Assembly: GCA_016209085.1 (NCBI GenBank)
Contig: JACQWV010000061.1
Span: forward strand, 21,710 to 85,709
DNA from: Elusimicrobiota bacterium
GTDB lineage: Bacteria > Elusimicrobiota > Elusimicrobia > Elusimicrobiales > UBA9959
Reading direction: 5' to 3'
Length of the DNA stretch: 64,000 bases
Below, piece by piece: positions 55,135-64,000 of this stretch (the first letter of the stretch is position 1; each line of letters starts with the position of its first letter). The notes beneath the pieces were generated by a model. The model was not told the origin of the DNA and ran no database searches. It worked only from the letters and a program-made list of their open reading frames with translations. Both the position numbers and the translations under genes were made by a program.

Positions 55135-56062
55135 ACTAACGATTCTTATCCTAATATTAATCGCGGCTTCTATGGTTTCCATTATTGCCGGGCCATCAGT
55201 CACTTTTGACAGGGACATTCTTCTGCGCATAAGACTGCCGCGCGTTTTTGAAGCCGTAATAGCAGGCTCCTCGCTTTCGGTCGCCGGAGTCATTTTTCAG
55301 GGCGTGCTTAAAAATCCTCTTTCAGACCCCTACATACTCGGCACTTCAAGCGGGGCTCTGCTGGGAGCGATAATTTGTTTCATGTCCGGCATAGGACATT
55401 CTAACGTTTTGTTTTATCCGGTTGTCGTGTTTTTTGCTTTTGGAGCGACTGTCTCTAGTTATTTCCTGGCAAGAACCGATAAAAACGTTTCAAACGTGAA
55501 TCTGCTTCTTGCCGGCGTGGTCGTAAGCACTTTTCTGACCGCTCTGGTTATAGCTTATTTAACGCTCAACAGGGAGAATGCTTTGAATATCTTTTCTTTC
55601 GTAATGGGAGGATTTTACCAGACCGACAAGACCGTGCTGGCCGTTGCCTTTGTGTTTTCCATGGCAGGGATAATTACAGCCGGAATTTTATCCCGTTATC
55701 TGGATGTAATGTCTTTAGGCGACGAGAAAGCGGTTCAATTAGGGCTTGACGCAAATAAAATAAAATTTATTTTTTTCGGCCTGGCCGCGTTGATTACCGG
55801 ATGCGCCGTTTCCGTTTCAGGGACGATCGGTTTCGTGGGGCTGCTGGTTCCGCACGTCGCAAGGCTGATTTTCGGTCCCGCTCATTTGAGACTTCTGCTT
55901 GTATCCGGCATCGGAGGAGCGGTTTTTCTGATTCTTGCGGACTGCATAGCCAGAAGCGTGTTTTCACCGGCTGAACTGCCTGTGGGCATAATCACTGCTC
56001 TCAGCGGAGCCCCTTTTTTCCTGTGGCTTTTGCGCCGCAGCCGCGCTAACGCCAGCGAGTAG
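55121..56062 (+). CDS. btuC: FecCD/BtuC-family ABC permease
   Basis: RLPRVFEAVIAGSSLSVAGVIFQGVLKNPLSDPYILGTSSGA is the FecCD signature region. Confidence 0.85.
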   Translation: MAKIKLTILILILIAASMVSIIAGPSVTFDRDILLRIRLPRVFEAVIAGSSLSVAGVIFQGVLKNPLSDPYILGTSSGALLGAIICFMSGIGHSNVLFYPVVVFFAFGATVSSYFLARTDKNVSNVNLLLAGVVVSTFLTALVIAYLTLNRENALNIFSFVMGGFYQTDKTVLAVAFVFSMAGIITAGILSRYLDVMSLGDEKAVQLGLDANKIKFIFFGLAALITGCAVSVSGTIGFVGLLVPHVARLIFGPAHLRLLLVSGIGGAVFLILADCIARSVFSPAELPVGIITALSGAPFFLWLLRRSRANASE

Positions 56063-56129
56063 TTGCAGAAATTGCCCGACTCTTATGACTTGAGACCTGA
56101 GACTTGAGACTTGAGACTTGTGACTAACT

Positions 56130-56894
56130 ATGCCTGTTCTTGAAGTCAAAAATCTGAGTTTCGGATATAACGGCGCCGGGGTGTTGAAAAACGTTTCTTT
56201 TTCACTGGATAAAGGGGACTTTACCGGGATTTTGGGACACAACGGGTCCGGAAAATCAACCCTGCTTAAAATTATAAGCGGGATTTTAACGTCAGATTCA
56301 GGAGCGATTCTTTTAAACGGCAAACCGGTTTTATCCTATTCCAGACAGGAAACAGCGCGGCTGATAGGCCATGTGCCGTCCGAGATATTCGTGCCTTATG
56401 AGTTCACTGTTTTTGAGACCGTATTAATGGGAAGGTCCCCTTATCTGAATTGGTGGCAGGGCTACGGCAGGAGGGATTTTATAAAAACCCATGAGGTTCT
56501 TGAAAGAGCCGGAATTTCACATCTTAAAAACAGACATTTGAATTCTCTTTCAAGCGGGGAAAAACAGCTGGTTTTCATTGCCCAGGCTCTGGCCCAGGAG
56601 CCGGAAATTTTGATTCTTGACGAACCTACTTCTCACCTGGACATAAACCATAAAATAGAGATTTTTGCTCTTCTGTCGGGACTGATAAAAGAAAAAGGCA
56701 TATCCGTAATCGTGGTCACTCATGATTTGAATCTGGCGGCGGGTTATTGCAATAAAATTCTTCTGTTAAGAAACGGGGAGACGATATATTTCGGGAATAC
56801 GCGGGAAGGCCTGGAAACTGAGAAAATTTCCAGGTCCTACGGCGTAAAGAACACTGAGGCTCTGAAACGCATTATGAAAGGCCTGACAGCGTAG
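56130..56894 (+). CDS. btuD: ABC transporter ATPase (BtuD/FepC-like)
   Basis: Walker A GHNGSGKST, LSSGEKQ signature, Walker B ILILDEPT. Confidence 0.85.
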   Translation: MPVLEVKNLSFGYNGAGVLKNVSFSLDKGDFTGILGHNGSGKSTLLKIISGILTSDSGAILLNGKPVLSYSRQETARLIGHVPSEIFVPYEFTVFETVLMGRSPYLNWWQGYGRRDFIKTHEVLERAGISHLKNRHLNSLSSGEKQLVFIAQALAQEPEILILDEPTSHLDINHKIEIFALLSGLIKEKGISVIVVTHDLNLAAGYCNKILLLRNGETIYFGNTREGLETEKISRSYGVKNTEALKRIMKGLTA

Positions 56895-56967
56895 TGCGGC
56901 GTGGTCCTATGTTGATATAGGTCAAAAGTCCCTTGTTTATACAATTCCTTTATCTTATACTATTCTC

Positions 56968-58263
56968 ATGAAAAAATTTATTTACATTCTACCCCTGCTG
57001 GTTGGTTTCAATTTCAACGTTTTTTCAGGCCCGGCTTCTGAAAATCCGATTCAGCCTGCTGTTTCGGCCGTTCGTATAACTCACGGCACCGATTGCGGAC
57101 AATGCCGCCCTCTTCCGGAAGAGCTTATTTCCGGGATATCAGGCAATTTCGGCCTCTCCGCCGAAGGCGGACAATTTAATGTTTCTGCGCCGGCTGAAAT
57201 CCCCGGTGTTGAGACCCTGACGCCCCAGCCTTCTTTTGCAAAAACAGATTTTTCCGGCATATACGATTATTATTTCGGCTATATCAACGAGATGATTGTA
57301 AAAGCGATTGACGCCTCCCAGAAATCCTTTGAGGGCGCGGTATACAGCATTACCATGAAGGACATTCCTGACGCTCTCATAAAAGCCAAGGAAAGGGGAA
57401 TCAAGGTGCGGCTTATAATAGACGAAGCGCACATTTATCCGAGAATGGACGCGCAGATAAAAAAACTTATTAATGCGGGAATAGACCTAAGGTCGCTTCG
57501 CGGGACCAGAACTTACGGCGTAATGCACAACAAAATCACGATACACGACGGCGAGCTCGTCACCGTGGGCTCTTATAACTGGACGTTTGGCGCTACTTTT
57601 TCAAACTATGAAAATGCGCTGGTGTTGCGCCATCCCATTTATGTTACCGGCTATAATAAATACTGGGACTGGATGTGGTCAAAAGCCAGAAAACTTTCCG
57701 ATGGACCTTCGCCCGAAGTGCCGGAGGGGCATTACGGGACTCCGCCCCAGGACACCAAGCCCATAATGAATCTGAACGGCACTCCTGTGCCGGCGTATCT
57801 TTTCTCCCCCGGCTCTACTTCTCAGGAAAGGCTTGCCAAGATTATAGATTCCGCAAAAGGCTCTATAGACGCTTTGACTTACACCTTTTCTTCAAAAGTT
57901 CTTGCGGATGCGTTAATCAACGCCAAAAAAAGAGGGCTCAAAGTGAGATTTCTGATAGACAAGAACAGGGGCAAGGAATCCGTAATGACCAAGTATCTTT
58001 TTGACAACGGGGTGGAAATGAAATGGGGGATAGGCAGAAACGGCAAAGGCGCCCTGCACAGCAAATTCGCCATACTGGACGGAGCTCTTCTGGAAACAGG
58101 CTCTTTCAACTGGACCGAGAACGCGAGCATCAATTCTTTTGAAAACATGGTTTTTGTAAACGATACCAAGGTGCTAAAAGCCTATCAGACAAAATACGAC
58201 ACTCTTTTTACCGGCGCGGAAGTTCCCACTGCTGCAGATTTTACAATAGAGCCTGCCGAGTAG
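56968..58263 (+). CDS. secreted phospholipase D-superfamily protein with two HKD motifs
   Basis: Signal peptide. HNKITIHDGELVTVGSYNWT and HSKFAILDGALLETGSFNWT. Confidence 0.8.
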   Translation: MKKFIYILPLLVGFNFNVFSGPASENPIQPAVSAVRITHGTDCGQCRPLPEELISGISGNFGLSAEGGQFNVSAPAEIPGVETLTPQPSFAKTDFSGIYDYYFGYINEMIVKAIDASQKSFEGAVYSITMKDIPDALIKAKERGIKVRLIIDEAHIYPRMDAQIKKLINAGIDLRSLRGTRTYGVMHNKITIHDGELVTVGSYNWTFGATFSNYENALVLRHPIYVTGYNKYWDWMWSKARKLSDGPSPEVPEGHYGTPPQDTKPIMNLNGTPVPAYLFSPGSTSQERLAKIIDSAKGSIDALTYTFSSKVLADALINAKKRGLKVRFLIDKNRGKESVMTKYLFDNGVEMKWGIGRNGKGALHSKFAILDGALLETGSFNWTENASINSFENMVFVNDTKVLKAYQTKYDTLFTGAEVPTAADFTIEPAE

Positions 58264-58305
58264 TGTAACTTAAGTTACATACCTTTTTTGAAAAAATTGA
58301 AAAAA

Positions 58306-58334
58306 TTGACTTATTTGCGGTTTTTTGATATACT
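58306..58334 (+). promoter_or_regulatory. sigma70-like promoter for the DUF4912/GH57 operon
   Basis: TTGACT, a 17-nt spacer, then TATACT. It is preceded by a TTGAAAAAA TTGAAAAAA repeat. Confidence 0.55.
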
Positions 58335-58427
58335 TTCTTGTTAATAAACGGGGTTCAGGGAAATCGTTGTTAAAACTTTTATCAGCGGCATTTTAGGAAG
58401 CGCCTCCTAAAATTCTAAACCCCTTAA

Positions 58428-58485
58428 CCCCGTGAAATTGCCCCGACGTATCGTCGGGACACCCGCAAAGCGGGATTTCACGGGG
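58428..58485 (+). promoter_or_regulatory. compact GC-rich three-way-junction element just 5' of the RBS
   Basis: P1 is CCCCGTGAAAT/ATTTCACGGGG. It encloses CCCGACG-TAT-CGTCGGG and CCCGC-AAA-GCGGG. AAGGAG begins 4 nt downstream. Confidence 0.6.
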
Positions 58486-58502
58486 TAAAAGGAGAAATAA
58501 AA

Positions 58503-59369
58503 ATGACTTCATCAGGTCAACTCAATCAGGACAATAAAAAGGCTGATTTCAGCCAGACGGCCTCGCTTCCCCAGGGATACGGAAACACCGAAGGGACGCT
58601 TTTGCCGAGAGATCCCAACTGGATGTTCATTTACTGGGAAATAACCGACGCTTCCAGGAATAATTTGCGCAAAGAACACGGGCAGGATCTTTTTGATAAA
58701 TCCAGGCCCGTCATAAGAGTGCACGACGTAACGGGTATTGAGCGTTTTGACGGAGCAAACTCTAATAGGTATTTTGATATTCCGATAATGCTTGACGCCA
58801 GAAACTGGTACATAAACGTGCAGGACAGCGGAAAATGCTATTGCTGCGAAGTCGGGCTGGTCCTGCCTGACGGAAAATTCCTCGGCATTGTAAGAACCAA
58901 TAGCGTCTCGCTTCCTTCCGGCAGGGTTTCAGACGTCACGGATGAGAAGTGGATGAGCATTTCTTCGGATTTTGACAAACTTCTTCAGCTTTCGGGCGTG
59001 GAATATATCGGCAAAGGCTCGGGGGAAGTCGCAAAGTCCCTGGCTCAGAGATGGGAAATGCTGAGAGCCGTTTTTTCAAGAGCCGCTTCATGGGGGATAA
59101 GCTCCATATCTTCCCATGTCAGGGAAAAGCCCCAGGAAAAAAAATTCTGGCTTGTTGCCGACTGCGAACTGATACTTTACGGCGCGACAGAGCCGGACGC
59201 TTTTGTGACCGTGGCCGGCAGAAAAGTGACGTTAAATCCTGACGGAACTTTTTCAATGCGGTTTGCTCTTCCCGACGGCAACATGGACCTTCCTATAAAA
59301 GCCGTTTCCAGGGACGAGTCTGATACCAGGAAAATAGAAATGAAAGTTTCAAGGGCAACGAACACTTAA
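58503..59369 (+). CDS. DUF4912 domain protein
   Basis: LPQGYGNTEGTLLPRDPNWMFIYWEI is typical of DUF4912 proteins, which are often paired with GH57 branching enzymes. Confidence 0.7.
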   Translation: MTSSGQLNQDNKKADFSQTASLPQGYGNTEGTLLPRDPNWMFIYWEITDASRNNLRKEHGQDLFDKSRPVIRVHDVTGIERFDGANSNRYFDIPIMLDARNWYINVQDSGKCYCCEVGLVLPDGKFLGIVRTNSVSLPSGRVSDVTDEKWMSISSDFDKLLQLSGVEYIGKGSGEVAKSLAQRWEMLRAVFSRAASWGISSISSHVREKPQEKKFWLVADCELILYGATEPDAFVTVAGRKVTLNPDGTFSMRFALPDGNMDLPIKAVSRDESDTRKIEMKVSRATNT

Positions 59370-59425
59370 TGGCAAAGCAAGCTTTGCAGCTACCTTAGAT
59401 TTAGGATCAAGATTAATCAAGATTA

Positions 59426-61048
59426 ATGGAAAACCAAGAAAAAGGCTACCTCGCCCTTGTTTTGCACGCTCACCTTCCTTTTATCCGTCATCCCGAGTAC
59501 GAGGATTTTCTGGAAGAGGACTGGTTTTTTGAAGCAATGACGGAAACCTACATCCCGTTGCTTGACATTTATGAAAGGCTTACCAGGGAAAACATAGATT
59601 TCAGAATAACCATGTCCCTTACCCCGCCGCTGTGCGCGATGATGACCGACGAGCTTTTGCGCGAGAGATTCAGGAACTATCTGTACCAGCGCGTAGAACT
59701 TTCCGAAAAAGAAACCGTAAGATTAAGAAATACCCAGTTCTACGAATCCGCAAAGATGTATGAGGGAAAGTTCAAAAGGATACGGGAGCTTTACCAGGAT
59801 TACTACGGGGAGAACATTCTCAACGGCTTTAAAAAATTCCAGGACATGGGAAAACTGGAAATAATAACCTGCGGCGCCACGCACGGGTTTCTTCCCCTGC
59901 AGGTAAAAAAAGAAGCCGTCCACGCGCAGGTTAAAACCGCGGCGGACGACTACAGGAGATGCTTCGGCAGAAATCCCAGAGGAATATGGCTTGCGGAATG
60001 CGCTTACAACCCGGGAGACGACGCGTATCTCAAGACCAGCGGCATAAGGTATTTTTTCCTTGAAACCCACGGCATAATTTACGGAAGTCCCAGACCCAGA
60101 TACGGGGTTTACGCTCCGGTGTATTGTCCGAGCGGGGTGGCGGCTTTCGGAAGGGACATGGAATCGGCCCATCAGGTATGGAGCGCGGAAATGGGTTATC
60201 CCGGCGACTACAGGTACAGGGAATTTTACAGAGACGTGGGTTATGACCTTGAATACGATTACGTAAAGCCCTACCTGCACTCGGACGGCGTCAGGAGAAA
60301 CATCGGCATAAAATATTACAAAATAACCGGCAGGGTTCCGTTAAGCGAAAAGGCTCCTTACAATCCGTGGGAGGCTAAGGAAACCGCCGCTGGGCATGCG
60401 GGCAATTTTATGTTCAACAGGGAAAGACAGATAGAACATCTTTACGGATTTTTGGGAAGGAAGCCAATACTCGTTTCAATGTACGACGCCGAGTTGTTCG
60501 GCCACTGGTGGTATGAAGGCCCGGATTTTATAGAATACCTGTTCAGAAAGATTCATTACGACCAGAAGACCATAAAACTCATAACCCCGAGCGAATATCT
60601 CCAGATTCAGCCCGATAACCAGGTGATACAGCCCTCAATGTCTTCATGGGGGGATAAAGGCTACAACGAGGTTTGGCTGAACGGCACGAACGACTGGATG
60701 TACAGGCACCTTCACAAAGCGGTTGAAAGAATGATTGAAATGGCAAATAAATTTCCGGATGTCGACGGCGTTCTGAAGAGGGCTTTGAATCAGTGCGCAA
60801 GGGAGATATTTCTTGCCGCTTCTTCGGACTGGGCTTTTCTTATGACGGTCGGCACTGCCAAGACGTATTCCACAAAAAGGTTCGTGGACCACGTACACCG
60901 TTTTTTCGCTCTCCACGGCCAGATAATGTCAAATTCAATAGATGAGAATTTTCTGAAAGACATTGAATGGAAGGATAACGTTTTTCCCGCCATTGACTAC
61001 CGGGTTTATTCCTCAACCCGCGCACCCGATAATATCTTTACCAGGTAG
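59426..61048 (+). CDS. GH57 1,4-alpha-glucan branching enzyme (DUF1957 type)
   Basis: GYLALVLHAHLPFIRHPE, EEDWFFEAMTETYIPLL, CGATHGFLP and DAELFGHWW. Confidence 0.85.
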   Translation: MENQEKGYLALVLHAHLPFIRHPEYEDFLEEDWFFEAMTETYIPLLDIYERLTRENIDFRITMSLTPPLCAMMTDELLRERFRNYLYQRVELSEKETVRLRNTQFYESAKMYEGKFKRIRELYQDYYGENILNGFKKFQDMGKLEIITCGATHGFLPLQVKKEAVHAQVKTAADDYRRCFGRNPRGIWLAECAYNPGDDAYLKTSGIRYFFLETHGIIYGSPRPRYGVYAPVYCPSGVAAFGRDMESAHQVWSAEMGYPGDYRYREFYRDVGYDLEYDYVKPYLHSDGVRRNIGIKYYKITGRVPLSEKAPYNPWEAKETAAGHAGNFMFNRERQIEHLYGFLGRKPILVSMYDAELFGHWWYEGPDFIEYLFRKIHYDQKTIKLITPSEYLQIQPDNQVIQPSMSSWGDKGYNEVWLNGTNDWMYRHLHKAVERMIEMANKFPDVDGVLKRALNQCAREIFLAASSDWAFLMTVGTAKTYSTKRFVDHVHRFFALHGQIMSNSIDENFLKDIEWKDNVFPAIDYRVYSSTRAPDNIFTR

Positions 61049-63634
61049 TATTCCCGCTTTTTCGCTTATTTTCTCAGACAAATCAATGAATTCCTGATTC
61101 TCGCCCGCATTTCTGGAAATATCAATCAGGAAATTCTGGATGTGAAATATCAGGTCATCCATCCGGAGCATTTTTGAAATTTCAAGAATGCTGCCGACCA
61201 TTTTCAGATTTTCAGCCGTCGGGCTTGTTTTAAAATCTATCAGTATTTTTAAAAACTTCAGCAGGGTTTCGGCCTCCGGCTGTATCTGGACTTTGATTCC
61301 GTGTTTTGTCAATTTTTCCGAAAATCCGATAATCTTTTCAAGCAAGGCCGGAACAGCCGCACCGCGGCCGGAGCAACGAGCCTCTGGCTCATCAAGTGCA
61401 GGGGGCTCTGTCCCCCTGCCACAGGTGCCGTGAGTTATACGAACGGCCTCTTCCCGGATGTGTATAAACTCGTTAAGATAAGAATTTATCAAATATTTTG
61501 CGCATCTTTTTATTTCATCGGCAGGATCCCTGCCCGGCTCAAAACCGTTCCCCGACAAATGCTCCATTAACAGAAAATGCTCTTCAATAGCGCTTTCAAA
61601 CGCGGCTCTGTGTTTTGTCTGGATGTTACGGGAAACAAGTTTAAATACGGACAGTTTCTCTGAAAAAGGCAGAGTCTGAAGGTCGACTGCCGTAAATCCT
61701 TTGATTGCTTGCGGGGTTTTATCGGCGTCCAAGAGAGATACGGCGTTTTCAAAAACTTTCTGCGCGTCGTTTTTTGAGAGGTATATGGCCGGAAGAGACG
61801 TCGCCGTTTCGGAGAGACATGCAAAAGTCTTTCTGAATTCTTCTCCTGTCGTTTTATTCCTGAGATTGAGAATGCCCGCCGCTGACATGTTTTTCTTGAT
61901 TAATTTTTCAAAGCCGGCAACGTAGCCGTAGAGATAAGGAAATTCTTTGTCCTGATAAATCGTTCTAATCAAAAAAGCCGCGAAGATATGCTCCAAAGAA
62001 GGGACTGAAGAAATTACAAGTCTTTCATAAATTTCCAGGCCGTTCGCAGCGCTCGCGGCACATGGGGGTCGGGTGGCATAGCGCCCGACACTTGATGAGC
62101 CAGAGGCTCGTTGTTCCGCGGCAGCGCCGCTGTTCCGTCCGTTTCCATATGAGGTAAAATTTGAAGGAGCGGTTTCAAGCAGAGAAAGAAATCCTTTTTC
62201 CAGGCCTTTATAGCCCAGATCCTCTGCTGTTTCAACGGCTTTTGCCGCGTATTTCAGATTCTGGACCGCTTCTATGCGGGATATGTCTGAAAAGAACCAG
62301 CCGCAGCTTGTAAACATGTACATGGAGTTCTTCTGCATTTCAAGCAGTTTAACGGCTTTGATTTTCTCGGCGCGTTCAAGAGTCCTTTCGGAGTTTCTGG
62401 AGAAAAACGAGTTGAAGTTCTCTTCTGACCTGTCAATCATCAGGTTTATGTAATCGTTTCTTGCCTGCCAGACATCCCTAAAAAGCGGAGCCGCCTCTAC
62501 TTTGTAAATTTCATACAATGCGTCCCTGAGCCAGTTCATGGCGGCTCTTAACGGATGCCTCCAGTTGAGGTGAAAATTTTTTTCCTTTCCGCACTCGCAG
62601 CCGCCTTTCCATCTTCTGACTCCGTGGAAACAGCTCCATGAAGCGCCTTCTCCGTCCGGGCCTTTTTTGAGTTCAACTTCTAAGTGGGGTTTGTGGTCGC
62701 TGAGGAACAGGGAAAGGCTTGTCGTTTCTATGCCGTATTTTTTTAATTCGTGCCTGAACGCATGCGCAATCGTCATATCCGCGAATTTATGGTGATGCCC
62801 GTAGCTTTCCCCGTCCGCCGCTATCAGCACGAGCTGGTCCCGGGTCGGGTCCGTATAACAGAGGGAAATTCTCCGGACAAAATTTTCGGAGTTTTTCAGA
62901 GCGTCTTCAAACGAGACTGCCCCGGAAATTCCGGCATCGTAAAAGAAAACCGCTATGCTTCTGTGTTTGATTCTGTTTCCTTCGGCATCCCTGTCGCGCC
63001 AGGCATAAGGCTTTTTCGGGTCAATGCTTCCGTTTGAAACATCTGTCCATTTATTCGTTTCAGGAGACTTTATTTTTTCAGCCTGATGGGGGGACAGAAT
63101 CACGTATTTCATTCCGTGGTCAATCAGGAGTCTGAGAGTGTCTTCATTGACGGCTGTTTCCGGCAGCCACATCGCCTCGGGCCTGAAGCCGAACCTGTAT
63201 TCAAAATCCTTTATGCCCCACACAATCTGGGTTACCTGGTCCTGAAAACTCGCCAAAGGCATTATTATGTGATTATATGCCTGGGCTATCGCGTTCGGAT
63301 GTCCGCTTGAATCTTTTATCCTCCCGACCGTGTTTACAATCTGCTCATGGATGAAAGGATATTCTTTTTCCAGCCAGTTCAAAAGCGTGGGGCCGAAATC
63401 AAAATTCAGATATTCATAATTGTTTACTGCTTCTATTATTTTCCCTGCATTATCGGTTATTCTGGCATAAAGATTGGGGATGTAACATTCCCTTGATATT
63501 CTCCGGTTCCAGTTGTCATAAGGATAGGCAGAAGGATCAAAGTCAGGCTCGCCGGTCCAGGGATTTTCCCGCGGCGGCTGATAAAAATGCGCGTGAACCG
63601 CTAAACATTTTTTCGCTTGTCTGGTTTCCGGCAT
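61013..63634 (-). CDS. GH57 family glycoside hydrolase (DUF3536 type)
   Basis: LAVHAHFYQPPRENPW N-terminus. WLPETAV and DGESYGHH motifs. 873 aa. Carries two in-frame repeat copies. Confidence 0.8.
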   Translation of the reverse strand: MPETRQAKKCLAVHAHFYQPPRENPWTGEPDFDPSAYPYDNWNRRISRECYIPNLYARITDNAGKIIEAVNNYEYLNFDFGPTLLNWLEKEYPFIHEQIVNTVGRIKDSSGHPNAIAQAYNHIIMPLASFQDQVTQIVWGIKDFEYRFGFRPEAMWLPETAVNEDTLRLLIDHGMKYVILSPHQAEKIKSPETNKWTDVSNGSIDPKKPYAWRDRDAEGNRIKHRSIAVFFYDAGISGAVSFEDALKNSENFVRRISLCYTDPTRDQLVLIAADGESYGHHHKFADMTIAHAFRHELKKYGIETTSLSLFLSDHKPHLEVELKKGPDGEGASWSCFHGVRRWKGGCECGKEKNFHLNWRHPLRAAMNWLRDALYEIYKVEAAPLFRDVWQARNDYINLMIDRSEENFNSFFSRNSERTLERAEKIKAVKLLEMQKNSMYMFTSCGWFFSDISRIEAVQNLKYAAKAVETAEDLGYKGLEKGFLSLLETAPSNFTSYGNGRNSGAAAEQRASGSSSVGRYATRPPCAASAANGLEIYERLVISSVPSLEHIFAAFLIRTIYQDKEFPYLYGYVAGFEKLIKKNMSAAGILNLRNKTTGEEFRKTFACLSETATSLPAIYLSKNDAQKVFENAVSLLDADKTPQAIKGFTAVDLQTLPFSEKLSVFKLVSRNIQTKHRAAFESAIEEHFLLMEHLSGNGFEPGRDPADEIKRCAKYLINSYLNEFIHIREEAVRITHGTCGRGTEPPALDEPEARCSGRGAAVPALLEKIIGFSEKLTKHGIKVQIQPEAETLLKFLKILIDFKTSPTAENLKMVGSILEISKMLRMDDLIFHIQNFLIDISRNAGENQEFIDLSEKISEKAGILPGKDIIGCAG
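61367..61420 (-). repeat. GC-rich multi-hairpin repeat, copy B (intragenic, sense relative to its host gene)
   Basis: The reverse complement reads GGCAGGGGGACAGAGCCCCCTGCACTTGATGAGCCAGAGGCTCGTTGCTCCGGC. Confidence 0.9.
62068..62120 (+). repeat. GC-rich multi-hairpin repeat, copy C (intragenic, antisense relative to its host gene)
   Basis: GTCGGGTG-GCATAG-CGCCCGAC followed by the identical 24-nt core CACTTGATGAGCCAGAGGCTCGTT (62089..62112). Confidence 0.8.
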
Positions 63635-63658
63635 ATATTAGATTATATTTAAAACCGG

Positions 63659-64000
63659 CTAACTTTTACACGGGAAAAACGTCAGAAGCCGGATAATTTC
63701 TTCTTCGTAAGCGGATAGGGAGCCGTGTTTATGAACGGAAAGGTTTCTGTCGTTTATTATGGCGCGGAATGTTTCATTTTTAACTGCTTTAAGGGATATA
63801 CGGTCAAGTTCTTTGAGAAACGTCCGGAAATTTTCAATGGTTGAATAACTCTTGGTTTTCCCTAAAAGCGAGTAATCAAATTCATCGTGTTTCATTCTGA
63901 GTCTGTGGGGAGGAACCCTTGAGAAGATGTCCGCGTAAAAACAAAGCTCTTTGCCTCTTAAAATTTGAGAAGGCGGTTCCGGAAAGATTCTGTAAAACAA
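63659..64000 (-). CDS. hypothetical protein, N-terminus outside the window; possible HEPN-like Rx4H motif
   Basis: The ORF is open to the window edge. RNLSVH near the C-terminus fits Rx4H. It lies 24 nt upstream of the GH57 gene on the same strand. Confidence 0.3.
   Translation of the reverse strand: MFYRIFPEPPSQILRGKELCFYADIFSRVPPHRLRMKHDEFDYSLLGKTKSYSTIENFRTFLKELDRISLKAVKNETFRAIINDRNLSVHKHGSLSAYEEEIIRLLTFFPCKS

Noticed and set aside
56070-56129. Tandem GAGACTT repeats, and the other word-stutter arrays, considered as possible CRISPR arrays.
   Set aside because: The units are only 6-9 nt and there are no unique spacers between them. No cas genes are in the window.

Overview
This window is a gene-dense bacterial chromosome segment with about 60 CDS and 2 tRNAs. 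It has no rRNA, no CRISPR array and no recognisable transposase or integrase. From gene content I infer an uncultivated anaerobe; I cannot name the organism.

Layout:
- 1-18.2 kb: a surface-polysaccharide locus. It holds two B12-type radical SAM genes, two paralogous CgeB-like glycosyltransferases, wzx, a wzy-like gene, a CapE/FnlA-type UDP-2-acetamido-2,6-dideoxy-L-hexose pathway, a WbuB-like GT, a PglC-like initiating transferase and a CapD/PglF-like dehydratase.
- 18.2-19.9 kb: an AT-rich cassette with an AAA/DUF4143 ATPase, flanked by direct repeats.
- 20-24 kb: gap, a COG2403-like P-loop gene, pgk and secG.
- 24-31 kb: a CNNM-CBS-EIIA fusion, tRNA-Leu, lysA, and an LPS-core-like operon that ends at a rearranged tRNA-Ala.
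- 31-42 kb: an LtaS-like sulfatase, glgP, csp, a REC-MBL regulator, rsmD, a Cas4-like nuclease and a PerM-type transporter.
- 42-49 kb: an hdrCBA-mvhD-flxCBA-like electron-bifurcation cluster.
- 49-58 kb: uppP, nhaC, ybaB, a cobalamin riboswitch with btuFCD, and a PLD-like protein.
- 58-64 kb: DUF4912 and two GH57 glycogen genes.

The most unusual signal is not a gene. Several families of GC-rich palindromic or multi-hairpin repeats are present. Some sit in frame inside protein-coding genes and carry compensatory stem changes. Others occupy the leaders of the glycogen and hdr operons. Separately, low-complexity 'word-stutter' hairpins fill many intergenic spacers.

All homology calls come from motif recognition by eye, not from searches.
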